Of a DNA stretch of 64,000 nt, positions 1 through 13,010 are shown one piece after another (within the stretch, counting starts at the first letter, position 1; each line of letters begins with the position of its first letter). The notes under the pieces were generated by a model that saw nothing but the letters and a program-made list of their open reading frames with translations, was not told the DNA's origin and ran no database searches. The position numbers and the translations under genes are program-made. Origin of the DNA: Camelus dromedarius (taxonomy: Eukaryota); contig NC_087436.1 in NCBI RefSeq assembly GCF_036321535.1, positions 75,332,001-75,396,000 on the forward strand, written 5' to 3'.

Positions 1-178
1 AGTTCGAGGAGAATCTCTGCTTGGTCTGGTTGAGTCAAGGATTGTACCCCCAGATATAATCACGCTCTCATCGGGGAGGAAGAAACCTTATGATTTATCC
101 ACATGACCAAGTAGAGGAGGGCAGTTTTAACAATGAGAGGATGCTGGCCAGAGAGACGGGAGCAGATGTTCTCCACAA
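1..178 (-). mobile_element. Old MaLR LTR fragment (MLT1J/K/L-like), truncated by window edge
   Basis: 'gagaatctctgcttggtctggttgagtca...' and terminal 'ggatgctggccag...cagatgttctccaca' resemble the remembered MLT1 LTR end; very diverged. Confidence 0.5.
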
Positions 179-2430
179 GGATAAATAGACATTTAGAGGC
201 TGTGTGGCTTGTTTACTAAGCCTTAAGTGAGAGCTGCCATCTGCTTGATTGGCCTGATCAACAAGGCTAGAGAAAGCATCATCGGAATCAGGTCGCCTTC
301 TCTCTTGATTACCCCCGTTGTGGTCAGCCCTGGGCTAGCACCCATGTTTACTTGCCTTTACCTGAAGTTAAGAAAGTTGGACCCATTTCACTCTATAATA
401 TACCTTTACTTATTTGAAAAGAATACACAGCAAAAGACATGGGCAGAATTGATGAATTAGGGCCATGTTGGTTTTTATTTTTTTTGGTGACTTGGAAGGG
501 TGTGAAGTAAATGGGTGGTAGGTTAGATATTAATGCATTTTGAAACGGAATGTTTTATTGTTTTCTTGAAATGCTTGTTTGGAACATTTCTTGGATACTT
601 AGTTCTTTGTTTCATTTATCTTCCTTTGATAAATGACTGGTACAAAGAGAAAACAGCCTGTAATGGAGACTGAAAATGTATTGACTGGAAAGATGGAGCT
701 CAATGAGTGGGGGCTAGTCCTCTGGAATGAGTTGATGATTCGCTGTACAGCTTCCGTGGCAAACTCGTTGTCCAACTGTGAGGAATGGGAGCAGAGGAAG
801 GTAAACCAGGGCACTTCAGGTATTAGGAGCTTCACACCGTTATCTGAAAGGGTTATCATTTCTAGGGTTTTTGGAGTTACAGTGTCCAAAAGGAAAAATT
901 CCCCCTCTTTGACTCCTAAAAATATGGAAGAAAGATAGAAGTTTTGTGATATTGGAGAAATTAAGAAGTTTGTTAATTTCCCTATCCTTAATTTAGTGGC
1001 TATGAATTAAGCTTTCCTTTCCAAGTGTAAGGAAACTTTATTTAGGATATTAAACTTATTTTCTTCTCTTCAGTGAGACCCTCAAAGACTGCTTTTAGGG
1101 AAAGGAGATCAAAACACAGCCCATTTGTATTTAATCAAAGAATGTTAGTGACTCAATGTTAAGACGTAAGTTGCATTTCATGCTTGTGCTGATATTTCTC
1201 AGCATGAGTTTTGTATGGTAGAGGGGAGTCCTTACAGCTCAAGGATTATAGATGCCACTGATTCAAACCGAAGAGAAGCTGACTGAGTTTTGGTAGTTCA
1301 GGCAAAGGAACGTAGGTGGGAATTGGGTAGGAAAGAATAGGATATTGAAGATGTCTTGTGTGGAAGGACCCATGTAATTTTCTGTCAGTGTGAGTCCAAA
1401 ATATTTGAGTATTTATGTAAGAGAACTGTATGGAAACATTGGGGGATATACTGGAGAGAAAGAACAAAGAAACAGAAATGTAAGTTAAAAGGGTCTTTCT
1501 GAAAAAAACTTTGGGGGCCATTGGCATCGCATGGCTTTTTATAGCTAGAACCTTCCTTAAAAATCATGGCTTAATGCTTTGTTTCATTTCTTATTGTTGT
1601 TTTATCTCCTTGTAAAGATTCTTTGTGTGGATGTCAGAAACAGCTCAGTGTTAGTGTGGAAGTTGTTCTATGTCTCTGCTTTTGGGCATGGTTCCTAAAC
1701 TCTGTGTCCCCTCCGCCTCCTCCTGCTCCTCCTTCTTCTTCTTTGGTATATGCCTCAGCTTTTCTCATCTACATTCCTCTGTTCTAACATCTCATGTTTT
1801 TACCCCAAACTGATGATGTAATAAAACATGGAAAAAATTAGGAGCCAGACCTAAGAGCTTTCGTTTTCAATATTTACAGTTATCTCCTTATTGTAGTTTT
1901 TGTGTGTGTGTGTGTAACCATTTTTTTGTTTGTCTGTTTGTTTTTTTGGTATCTAATCATTAATGATTTTTTTTTTTTTGGTGTCTAACCATTAAAACTA
2001 TTCTGCCATTAGTCCTGTCTTGAAAACTGCCATGTTTTGGATCCCTGATTGGGCCCAAGCATCAATAGGTGTGCTACTATGTGCAACACATACCACACAA
2101 AAGGAATGACATCTCGCCTTTGATTACTCAGCTCTTTGGCCAACTCACCTGTTTGGGGCACAGCTAGGAAACAGGAACTAACGACAAAGGTCTGTATGAA
2201 TAGCCAAAATAGATACCACAGTGTGTATGTCTGGAAGGGCTTGATTGATTTATTCCCTCAGGGCTGCAGAGAGCATTCCTGTACGGACTGCTGCGGGTTA
2301 GAGGAGGAGGCGTAACTGCTGTGTTCAGCAGGGTTATGTAGAGGAGAGGCTGGTGCGCTCAGGCGTTTAGGAGTAGAAGCCTAGGTAAGTGCTTGGGCAA
2401 AGCTGTTGAGCCTTATTTCCTGGTCATTTT

Positions 2431-2490
2431 ATATGTGTGTGTGTTTGTTTGTATATATATATATATATTTCCGTGTCCATATATATATGT
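2431..2490. repeat. Compound (TG)n/(TA)n microsatellite
   Basis: atatgtgtgtgtgtttgtttgtatatatatatatatat...atatatatatgt read directly. Confidence 0.85.
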
Positions 2491-3282
2491 ACAGACACAC
2501 ATTTAAGTCATTTTTTTCTATCATAGAAGAGATGTCAGCAAAAAAAAAAAACAACCTTTTCTAAGTGGAATAGGTTTTATCTTAATAAGAAATATTCTAT
2601 TGTCCAGAGTTTGTACGTGTGAATAGCTAGTGATGTGTCTGCTTTGTGAAATGCAGTGTGAAATAATATTTTCTATGCTCAATTCTGCTTTTGCCAGAAA
2701 TACTTGTTTAAACTGTACAAAGCTGCTTTACAAGACACACATGAGATGCACACATTCCATGAGGTGCGTCTTGGGATGCATTCGTTTTGGGCTCACTTTA
2801 CCACCTGAAATTCTTTTCTAGTTATGGAATATTTATTCTCAGTTGACTTCTGATCTTCCATTTGTGTGGCAAGGCTATGCTTTTTTTCCTTTTAAATTCT
2901 TCATAACTACATTACCTTTTAAATCTGTCCTAAGACGTCTTGCTGAATCCGAATTGAACTGAGATGTGCAGGTGGATGATGTTGGCATATGCTGCCCCCA
3001 AATCCGTCCTCCTTCCTGTGCTAGAAAAACAAGACCTCCCTACCTGGCGCTGAAAGCTTGTATATGTTAAACTAGTGTTTAGCTATATTCTGTGATTTGT
3101 CAGGGGCCTGGTATCCCCACAGGAAGGAGCTTCAGCCCTGAGAATAACTGGAATTCAGACATGTGATGTGATGTCTTAGGCTCGGAGGATGGGACAGTAT
3201 GGAGCCAAGGATAAGCAAGCAAGACTAAGGAGGGACAACAGGTTTCCGGAGAGAAGAATCCCACAAATGAGGATGACGTTTG

Positions 3283-3476
3283 ACGCTGTGGAACCTTCCA
3301 GAACTTGCTGCAACAGTGAAAATGTTCTATATGTGTGTTGGTGGCCACTCTACATGTGACTATTGAGCATTTGAAATGTGGCTAGTGTGAAACTGGAGGA
3401 AGCGGATTATAAATCTTATTCTTAATTAAATATAAATAGCCACATGTGGCTAGTAGCTACCGTATTGGACAACACC
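3283..3476 (+). mobile_element. MER3 (hAT-Charlie non-autonomous DNA transposon)
   Basis: 'aaaatgttctatat...ctattgagcatttgaaatgtggctagtg...aaatagccacatgtggctagtagctaccgtattggacaacac' follows the MER3 consensus. Confidence 0.85.
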
Positions 3477-3999
3477 TGCATAGACTTTGTAGGAAAACTT
3501 ATGACCAAGAAAGAACAGTGATTCTAAGTATAGTTTTGAGCAACACACGGACTTACCACTCTCCCCCTGCCCCAGGCTCTCAGAGTGATTTTTCACCTGG
3601 AAAGGAGATCCTGGGTGTAAAACTGAGAGAACCATACTCCTTGGGATTCAGACCCTCTTACAAACCTGGGAGATAAATTGGCAAGAATCTTATCACTGGC
3701 TCTCCCAGCCTCATTATGATGGAACCTCCACCCACCTGCTCATGTCACCTAGAGATATATAGGTGCCACAGAGTCTGGAAGTAGATGGCAGGGAACTCTA
3801 GGCCGTGGCAGCTGCCTCAGGGCATTGTAGGTCAAGAATAGGTGGACAGAAAATCTACTTACATAAGAAGGATTTGTTCTTCTTCCCCTTCCCTCCTTCC
3901 TCAGGGAACTAATTATTTCCAGGCACTTTCCTCATGACCATATCCTTTAGAAGAGGTGGGGCCCCTCCCCAGGCTTGGTGATGAATTTTCTTTGACCTA

Positions 4000-4890
4000 A
4001 GTCAGTGCTCTTTTTCTGTTTCTTCTTTTCTACTCATATCCCCTCAAAAATAATTTTGAAAACAGTATTCCTCTTTAAACACTTACAGTTTCATACTTAA
4101 AATTTTTTATCATAAAATGCATGAGTTGCAGTGGATGTAATTTTTTGCATATGGAAAACATTGACATTTAAGGACTGTTACAGTTCTATCCTAAAATGTC
4201 AGTACACTCAATGATACTCAATGGAATCTGAATATTATAGCAGTTTGATTCCAACCATCATCTATAAAAAATACACCAACTCATCTTTGTAGGAAATGTA
4301 CATTGTTTCTTTCTCAAACTTTCATTTCTGATCCAATTTACCCACAGAATTTATCCTTATGTAATTTATATTTATGCTTGAAAGTCTTTTATTGATTGCC
4401 CTATTATACTTCTCTGCAACAAAATATGTATATAAATTTAAAGTAAAACATTTGTAATGTTTCCTGTGAACATAAGGCTTTTGAACGTTAAATAATTTCT
4501 TTTGAATTGAGTTACCACAGTTGAGCAAAACAACACAAATACATTACAAGTTTTGATAAATACTTGTTAAATGTTAGGAAGTACAGTTTTATTGGAAACA
4601 CATCTCTTAATGAGATGGATGGGCCTTTTTTCCCTTCAATTAGCTCATGTAGAATGCGTATTACTTATTGCTAGATGAGACACAGTTCAGCATCAATTCT
4701 ATTCCCATTTTTCACTTGTCTGGATGTAAACTCAGTGAAATCCTGTTCACATAATAAGTAGATAGGAAAGGAAGGAATTTATTATGGCCTCTTTGAACTC
4801 CTTCTAAACTTCTAAGTTATAGGCCAAAAATCAATTGTAATCTATCATTAAAAATAATTTTTAATGATCAGCTGACAACTTGATTAGGTC
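4000..4890 (-). mobile_element. hAT-Charlie (Charlie7-like) fossil with degraded transposase C-terminus and 3' flank
   Basis: Minus strand reads LPFLSTY then (frameshifted) CEQ, like hAT 'LLPFPSTYLCEQGFS', and ends A-H-P-S-H-stop (4624->4607), the typical Charlie/Buster terminus; contains stops and frameshifts. Confidence 0.75.
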
Positions 4891-5149
4891 CCTCTTCAAT
4901 TTTATTAAAGGCAAAGGATTCCTAATTGCCTGATCTGCAGAAGGATGAGTTGTGAATTATTAGAGTACCTTCTTAACACCTACATTGATATTTCAAAATG
5001 GCCCGTGTTTGGTGTTCCTGAGATTTTAACATATCAGAGCATTACACTGAATGAAAATTCAGGATAGGGGAGAGATATGCCTCTCTTTTATAGCATGGAA
5101 AGTTAGTGAAAGGCTTAGCCTATTCTTAGAAAGCATACGGATGTGGGGT

Positions 5150-5635
5150 CTTGAAATTGCTTTAAATTATCTGTTCTCACTGTGTCCTTGCAGAGACTTC
5201 ATGCAGCCCCAGGGGCACCGAACTCTAATACCGTCAGTTTGAAGGCCGATGATCTAGGCATGTCCATGCTTCCCTTCCCTGGCTTGTGATGGGTCAAGGC
5301 ATGGCATAAGATGCCATGCTGGACACTGAGAGGCAAAGGGAAATGTATTGCAAGATTCTGGGAAATCTCAAAAGGATATTCAGGAGAGAGTCCATCTATT
5401 GTTCCTCTGGCTGTGGTTGTATCTGCTGCTGTGGAACAGCTACAGAAATACTCTGGTCATCAGGGGACCAAGCTTAAGGACAGAGTGCCACCTTAGCATG
5501 TCAGAACAGAAAGAACAGAATTGGGGTCCTTAGTGTTGCTGTCGACCTACTGAATTAACCAAGCCTAGAAACACCTTACCTTTGAACTTCTTAGTTAAGA
5601 AAAAATTTCCTTATTGTTTAGCCACTTGTTTCAGC
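5150..5635 (+). mobile_element. Old MaLR LTR (MLT1H/I/J-like)
   Basis: 'cagaacagaaagaacagaattggggtccttagtg...tgaacttcttagttaagaaaaaatttccttattgtttagccac' typical MLT1 3' half. Confidence 0.65.
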
Positions 5636-5644
5636 CACCACTGT

Positions 5645-5674
<30 letters not shown>
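5645..5674. repeat. (ATG)10 microsatellite at L1 tail
   Basis: Ten ATG units directly adjacent to the 3' end of a minus-strand L1. Confidence 0.95.
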
Positions 5675-5675
<1 letters not shown>

Positions 5676-6520
5676 CAGATTTATTATGATAGGATTTACA
5701 TACCATATGATTAAGTCATTTAAAAGTATACAATTCAGTGGTTTTTAGTACATCTGCAGAGTTGTGCAACCTTCACCACAATCAATTTTAGAACATTTTA
5801 TCACTGCATAAAAGAGAGCCCCTACCTTTTAGCAGTCACCATCTCCCTCCCAGTGTTATTCCCTACTCCTCACCCTGCCCCGCCGTAGCCAGCCACTGTT
5901 CTGCTTTCTGTCTGTATAGCTTAACTTATTCTGGACATTTCCGCTAAATGAGATAATTCACTATGTGGTCTTTTGTGACTGGCTTCTTTCACTTAGCATA
6001 ATCTTTTCAAAGTTCATCCAGCTTGTAGCAGTATCAGTGCTTCATTCCTTTTTATTGCCAAATAATATTCCGTTGTATGGATATACTGCTTTTTGTTTAT
6101 CCATTCATCAGTTGATGCAATTAGGGCTGCTTCTACTTTTGGCTCTTGTGAATAATGCTGCTATAAACATTAGTGAGCAAGTTTGTGTGTGAGTATATGT
6201 TTTCAGCTCTCTTGCATTTATACCTAGCAGTGGAATTGCTAGTCACATGGTCACTCTATGTTTAATCATTTAAGGAACTGCCAAGCTGTTCACCAAAGTG
6301 GCTGCACCATTTTATAGTCCCACCTGCAATGTATGAGGGTTCCAATTTCCCCACATCCTTTACAACCGTGGTTATTTCCTGAGGTTTTGATTGTAGCCAT
6401 CATAATTGGTATAATTGGGATCTCACTGTGGTTTTGATTTGCATTTTCCTGATGGCTAATGATATTGAGCATTGTTTCATGTGCTATGTATGTCTTCTTT
6501 GGATATTGCATTATGTAAAT
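5676..6520 (-). mobile_element. L1MB-type LINE-1 3' end (3' UTR + ORF2 C-terminus)
   Basis: 'gtatacaattcagtggtttttagtacat...gttgtgcaaccttcaccacaatc' 3' UTR; minus ORF 6290-6601 contains GCGEIGTLIHCRWDYKMVQPLW, matching L1 ORF2 'GCGEIGTLLHCWWECKLVQPLW'. Confidence 0.9.
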
Positions 6521-8230
6521 CTTTTTTTTTTTACTTAAGAAAATTTCAAACATATACAGAAGCAGAAAGACTAGTATAATAAACCTGTATGTTTCCATCA
6601 CCCAGTATTAATAATTATCAGTTCCTGACCAAACTTGTCTTCTTCTGTTCATTTACCCAATGGATTATTTCATTAGGAAATATGATAGTATGTATCACTA
6701 AATGACAATAGTTTAAAACAACCTTATAATCACAATACTGTTATCATGCTTTAAAATTTGACCACATTTCTTAGTACCATCAACTATCCTGTCAGTGTTC
6801 AAATTTTTCTGATGTTTTTCATGGGTTATTGTTTATATTTGGATTGTTTAAATCCGGATACAAATATAGTCTACCCATCTCTTTTAATCTTTAAGCATAT
6901 CCACCTTTTTTGCCTTGCAATTTATTTGTTGAAGTTCTGTCCTGGTCTGTCCTACTTTACAGATTTTTCTGAGTGCATTTCTGTGGTATCATTTAACATA
7001 TTTTTCTGTCCTTAGTGTTGTCTGTAAATTCCTGGTTAAACTGTTGACTCACTCAGGTTCTCTCTCCCTCTTTTTTTTTTTTTTTTTTTGCAAGAATTTA
7101 ACTTAGATAACAAAACTACTTTCATCAAGAAGTGCATGCTTATCCCTTTTTTTGTGATGTTAAGAGTGATAAGTATGTTCAGGTGTTATCAGTCTGACTG
7201 AGTTACCCATCAGCTTTTCACCTAATAGTGTTAGCAGCTGTCAGTGACCATAACTTGGATCTCGAATTTTATTAGACTTTAGCAAAATAATGATATTCCA
7301 ATTCTGTCATTGCTTCCTCATTTGTGAGCTCAACTCCACCTAAAAGATAAAGCTTCCCTGTAGTATGTATCTGGTTACCCTTAAGGCACAGTTCAGAGAG
7401 GAAAAGCAGGGTAAAATTTTGGTTGCTTTTTTCTCTTTTATTTACCAGTTTTCAGAATAATGATTGGTTCTCTGGCATTCACCAAAGGGGACCAGTGAGA
7501 TTTCCCCTTTTTGACTTTTTAAAACTGTATTATTGTGGATTCATGGATGTTTAACATGTTGGAGGTGTAGCATTTCATTGCTGGTCATATTCCTTCAGCT
7601 GCTCAGTTTGTTCCATCTTTGGGTAGCGAGAACGTCTTTACATTTGCTCTTGAGTCCTTTAGATAAGACCCCCGTACACTGTGACAAATTCCTTGACTTC
7701 TAGGATAAAAGATGTTCCATCCGCATGGTGTACACTTCCTGCCTCAGTCTAGAGTCAGCTGGTTTTTCAGTGAGCTCTGGTTCCTTTTAGTGGGAAGTCG
7801 TATTCAGGGACCAAACTCTAGGTGCTTAGAACTGCTTATTGTTCCTGGATTGATTATTGTTTCCTGGCCCTTTCAGTGGACAGAGTTAGGAAATACGTAT
7901 TTCTTTTTAAGGAGAAAATAAAGCAGGAGTTTATACTTAATTCCATTTCAAATTTAGGAGTATTTTGTTTTCACTGTGTCTTTTCTCTTATTTTGAAAAG
8001 CTTGTTTCCCAGTGACATTAGTGTAATTACATATATACACTGGGCTACTCCATATCTGTAATAATTTCAGATGAGTCAAACTGATACTGAATTGATCAAT
8101 ATGATTCCTGAAAATAGTTTAAGATTTTTTTGTTCTTTAGAATGTACTCCACTATGGATAGTCAAGCCTCTGTGTTTTAAGGTCACTTGAAATGATTCTT
8201 CTTTTATGAGTAATTATGTTAAACTTTTGG
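6521..8230 (-). mobile_element. L1MC4/L1MC5-type LINE-1 long 3' UTR
   Basis: Starts at a T-tract then 'aaaatttcaaacatatacagaagcagaaagactagtataataaacc...catcacccag'; continues with L1MC-like sequence. Confidence 0.75.
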
Positions 8231-10069
8231 ATTTGATGAGTAAGAAATGGTAACTCAGCATAATTTTAATAGCATTTCTGTGTTCATATATTTAAGGGCC
8301 ATTTACATTTCTTTTATGCACTGTTCACCCTTCCTGCCCATCAGTATTGGTCTTTTAATTCTCTCTTTTTAGAGAAATTTTAACTACTTGTACTTGGTCT
8401 TTTTGTGACTCACATCTGAAGACTTCCAGAGAAATGTCAAGACCACCAACTTGCTGGCCTAAGGAACAGACAGTAGCACTGAAAGTCAGAGAGCAGCAGC
8501 CAGGCAGTGATGACAGAGCTGGAGGCCGTAGCTTTGCCTGTTTGGAAGGCATTTCCCCCTGGGTCCCTGTCCCCACATCCTCTCCTGGGGACTCTTAGAC
8601 ACAAGAAGGGGGATGGAGAGGCACCTGAAATGAGCCAGGTGAGAATTGTTAGTGGGCTTAGTAACTGTATGTTAACACAAGTCACAAATTGGTGGGACCG
8701 AAGGGGCCTTTCCTTTGAATTACACGTGGATCCTTTATTTTGACTTTCAATTGCCTTTTGTTTTGTGAATTCCAAGTTTTTAATTTGTCTCTGACTCTGG
8801 AATACAAACTCCAGGTCATCTGACTTCTCCTTTGGTCCACCTGGAGAACACATATTATGAAGTTAGCCAGGCATCTGGGCTCCTTATCAAAATAGATAGG
8901 AGGAAATATACATTGGATCTGGCCCTTCAAACTTCATTTTTTCAAAATTTATTTGGAATCAGCCACGTTGACAATGTGTAACAAATGTCATTGAAGACCA
9001 TGACATTGCAAACTTGTGACTCAGAACCAATTGACCCTAAAGCTGTGCTTCCTCACTCTTCAAGTAATTGTGGGTGCACATAGAGTGGGCAGAGTTTATG
9101 TCATATAAGAACATTATACTCAAGCGAAACATGAACAGTGATTTATGAACATGCAGAAAGCAAAAGCCTTAAGTTCCAAATTAGAAGGAAGCTAATTCAC
9201 TTGGTGGAGAGAACATTTTAAATGTACTGAACAGTTTCTAATACTAAACTATATGCTAAAGAAGAAAGTTTTGAACACCTCTGGAATTTGAGAGCCAGTT
9301 GATTGTTCGACTACAGGAAAGTAAAAAGTTCTCAAAATTATACTAAGTTTCAAGCTGTTTTTTCTATTGAAAAAGAATTTCCCTTATTTTTGGAACTTGA
9401 CTTACAAACTACCGTGGTAGATAGAGTGCAGAATTGGGCTCTGAGGGCCAAAGAGGCCTTTCTAAACTCTGCCACTTTCTCATTCATCTTCGAGTTCAGT
9501 TAATGAATGGCCCTCAAACCATTAACTCATCTATGCTCAGAGTCTTTGAAGTTATAAATCCACACTGTTCCTAAAGTGCAGCTGTGTGTTGCAAAAAATG
9601 ATTTTCCCATTGTCATTAGGAGAAAAAATGCCATGGGAAATTTTTTCTAGAAGTCGACAAATGAAGAAAAGCATTTTTCCTCTAGTTGATATAAAGGCTG
9701 TCATTGTGCAGAATGGCCTCGCTTATCCTTTTGTACATTAGCTGAGCATAATTTTCAAATGTATAACTTCCAAAAGGAGCATAGTTCTGGAAATGGCAAG
9801 ATTATAATTATGTGAAGCATAAAGGGTAAATTTGTAGTTTATAAATCATGGATATTAATATTTAGCAGGAGCCTAATTCACAGTAAAACTTGAAATAACT
9901 ACATTGTTAAAAATAATTAAATTGGGGTGTTAGAAGAAACTAGCAGTTGAAGATTATTTTGGGGGGATTTTTGCATTCTGGGGTTTAAATTTGCATTTAG
10001 GTGGGGCTATATTCATTGCTCTTCAAAACAGTGGCATCCATTTAAATTGGTTTAGATTGATTTTTCTCA

Positions 10070-10380
10070 TTCCTACTACCCCCTCTAATCTGTCACAAAT
10101 GCTTGGTCATTTAACTTTTCATATTACTTCTGAATTTCTCTTTCCTGCTGTTGATACTGCCACAATCTAGGTCCATGCCGCCATTAACTTTTAGCTTGAT
10201 TTCTGCAGTGGTCTCCAACATGACCCCTACCCTCTAGTCTTGTGTCCTTCAAATCCAGATTATGCAGCATCAAGAGAGATCTAGTTCATAGATGAATCTC
10301 ATGTCACTCTTCTGCTTAAAACTTCTCGGTACCACACCAGTATCTACAGAGATGGAATTTACTGTGCTCTGAAGGGCCCT
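10070..10380 (+). mobile_element. L2 LINE fragment
   Basis: 'gcagcatcaagagagatct...atctcatgtcactcttctgcttaaaactt' matches the L2 ORF2 3' region. Confidence 0.75.
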
Positions 10381-10624
10381 TGTGGCTCCGGGGAGTGAAT
10401 GGGTCAAAATATATTTTACTCTTTAGTAATGCTGGACTTTTCCAGTGGGCTTTGATCATTTTTGCTTTTCAGAAGGGCTTGGCTTTTTCAAACAGATCTA
10501 TTTTTAAAAATCGTACATGCTTCAGTTTTGGGATCTGAGGCTTGGATGGCTCAGAGGTAAGCACTTCCCTGGCTAATCTTTCTGGAGTTTTCAGTTCTTC
10601 TCATTCTGTCAGTGGTTTGGTGGT

Positions 10625-10790
10625 GAGAAGTATAGTGTGGTAGAAAAAAGCGACTTCAGGATGGACCTGAATTCAGATCCTGTAATGCTGCTTCCTTACG
10701 AAGCAATTTTACATGCGTTACTTATTTACTCCTTGCTAACCTCAGGTTCCTGCTCTGTAGGATGGGTTACCATGAGGACTAGCATGTGGT
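10625..10790 (+). mobile_element. MIR SINE (diverged)
   Basis: 'tatagtgtggtagaaaaaagc...cctgaattcagatcctg...cctcaggttcctgctctgtaggatggg' head plus core. Confidence 0.6.
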
Positions 10791-12804
10791 GGGTGTTTCA
10801 TCAATGGCAGTGATGCTGCTCTTCTGGGTCCTCAGTGGACTGGGGTAGGGGGCCGGGGGAGGCGGGTTGGAAGGACCTTACAGTGGAGATGGTCCGTAAG
10901 GAGTGTGTTATTCCTTGCACTCTGTCACCATCAGATGCATGCATAGATCATAGACTAAAAGGTATCAGAAGACTTCAGAGTAACTCCTGCAGTTCCACAC
11001 AAAGCAGGCAAAGCCTCTCTCTCTCATACATATGACCAGACCTATGTGCACAGAGGGGAAGCTGCAGACCACAGAAGGGTTGTTTATTGAGTGATGGTTT
11101 GTGAAAGAAAAAACTTAACTGCTTTAACCTTTACTTTTTGTGTAGCTGGGTGTCCATGAAAGATTACAGTGAGGTATGTGTCATTTTCATTCATAGTCAC
11201 CCCTTTTTTTGACAGCACTGGTTCACCCCAGGAAAATTCCAAAGCCAAGGTTGTGGTCATACTCTCATCTTAATTCAGGAGCAGCCAAAAGGAAGGAGCC
11301 TCTCTCAAAAAAAGAATAATTAGATATGCATTGAGAAACATTCAAGATACGATAAAGTTAGTCCGAAATGGAAAAATACCACAAGGACCAGCTTAAAGCT
11401 CAAATGCCTGTGCAGGAGCCATGAAAAAATAAACATTGCAGTAATGGAAGGGAGTTAACCAGGGTTTCTAGAAGCTAAGATAGAAAGTGCTAAGTATAAA
11501 TCGAAGTGAATCTCTATTTTTGCAGCTGTTCTGACTAGGGCATGTTGCTTTTATTGAAAAAGAAAAACAGTATTCATACCATTGTGACAACTGATTATAT
11601 TTAATACCTATTCCCATAAAAACTTTATTTATATTTCAGAAGAGCAGAAGATTGTTACCAGGATTAAAATTATTTTTGTCTGAATAAATCAAATCAAGAA
11701 TAACAGGTATTTAAAATGTGAACCACCAGATCTGATATATCTGGCCAGATGCTCTCCAACTTTTTATTTTTATTTTTTTTATAGAGAACCATCTGCTGTA
11801 AGTGGAGGTGCCTATTAACTTTTCTAGTAGAAAAAGAAATTAGCATTTGAAGACGGAAAGCCAGTGAATTGTGAAAGAACACAGTTATGAAGACAAAATT
11901 AAAAAATCCTCTGACACCCCAAGGACCAATTTAAAAGTGTTCTATTTAGAGAAATTCTGCTTGCAAAGCATATATTTTCAGTTATTTCTGTTAAGGTTAC
12001 CACAAGCAGCAATCTCAGAAGTAGGTTTTAATAGATGCTGTATGATATTGCAGGTAATGAGAGTGAGCTCTGCATCACAACTCATCTGTTTCTGGAGTCT
12101 GCTCCCCTGTCCTTACCCCATCCTCAGCCTGATGACCAGTCTGGGATGTCACAGCAGGTGACCTAGGAATCATCATGCAGTTAGAAACACAACATCAGTG
12201 TGAAAGGAATAGGTAAAATTATATACGAATAATCAAGGGGATTTTTGCAATCATAAAAGTGAAATTAGGAAAACATGCAGTGCTCCGTCGTTATACCATC
12301 CATGTATTTCCAAAGAACTTTGGGTCACACAGCATCTTTCATATTAGGGAAAAGATGAAAAGTGAGGTCAGTGGATTTTGCATAATTTTCTAAAAATGAA
12401 AACGATGGCAAGTGCTCTAAGTTACGTATTTGGCTTGTTTGAAGTAGCAGCGAGTTTTTTGGGGCAAGCTGGCTTAAAGCCACACGCAACATTCTTTTCT
12501 CCTCCTATATTGTATTCAATATATGTTTGAATCTTTAGCAGAAAATATTTTAAAGTTGCATTTTTTTCTGACTTTTATCTATAATAGAATCTTAATAACG
12601 TGGAGTGTTCTAATATGAACTATGTGATGGGAACGCTCCTTTTTTGGTGGAAATTTTGCTGAGCTGAGATTTGACCTTGCATTGAGAAAAAATGTAATTG
12701 CTTATTGCATAGTCATTGGTTAACCCACTGAAACAGACTGTTTTCAAGCCCATTAACAGAACCTATTTATATACTGTTACTTGAGTACTTGATTCAGTAT
12801 AAAG

Positions 12805-13010
12805 TACTGCTTAGTAGTGTAAACCCTGGAGCCAGATGAATGAAGTTCAGATTCTGGTTCTTTTATCTAGTAGCTGTTGGTCCTTGGGCAAGTTACAGAA
12901 TTCCTATGCCTTGATTTCCTCATCTGTAAAATGGGATAATAATAGTACTTACTGCATGGGGCAGTTGTGGGGAATCCAAAGAGATAATATATTTAGTATA
13001 GTGTTTGTTA
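12805..13010 (+). mobile_element. MIR SINE
   Basis: Core 'ccttgggcaagttac...tttcctcatctgtaaaatgggataataatagtac'. Confidence 0.9.

Noticed and set aside
633..938. 101-aa plus ORF with plausible composition
   Set aside because: No recognisable homology or supporting exon structure; length within chance expectation.
3437..3452. Perfect 16-bp palindrome tagccacatgtggcta
   Set aside because: Intrinsic part of the MER3 consensus.
6290..6601. 103-aa ORF with Cys/Trp motif
   Set aside because: L1 ORF2 C-terminal remnant joined to an adjacent L1 tail, not a gene.
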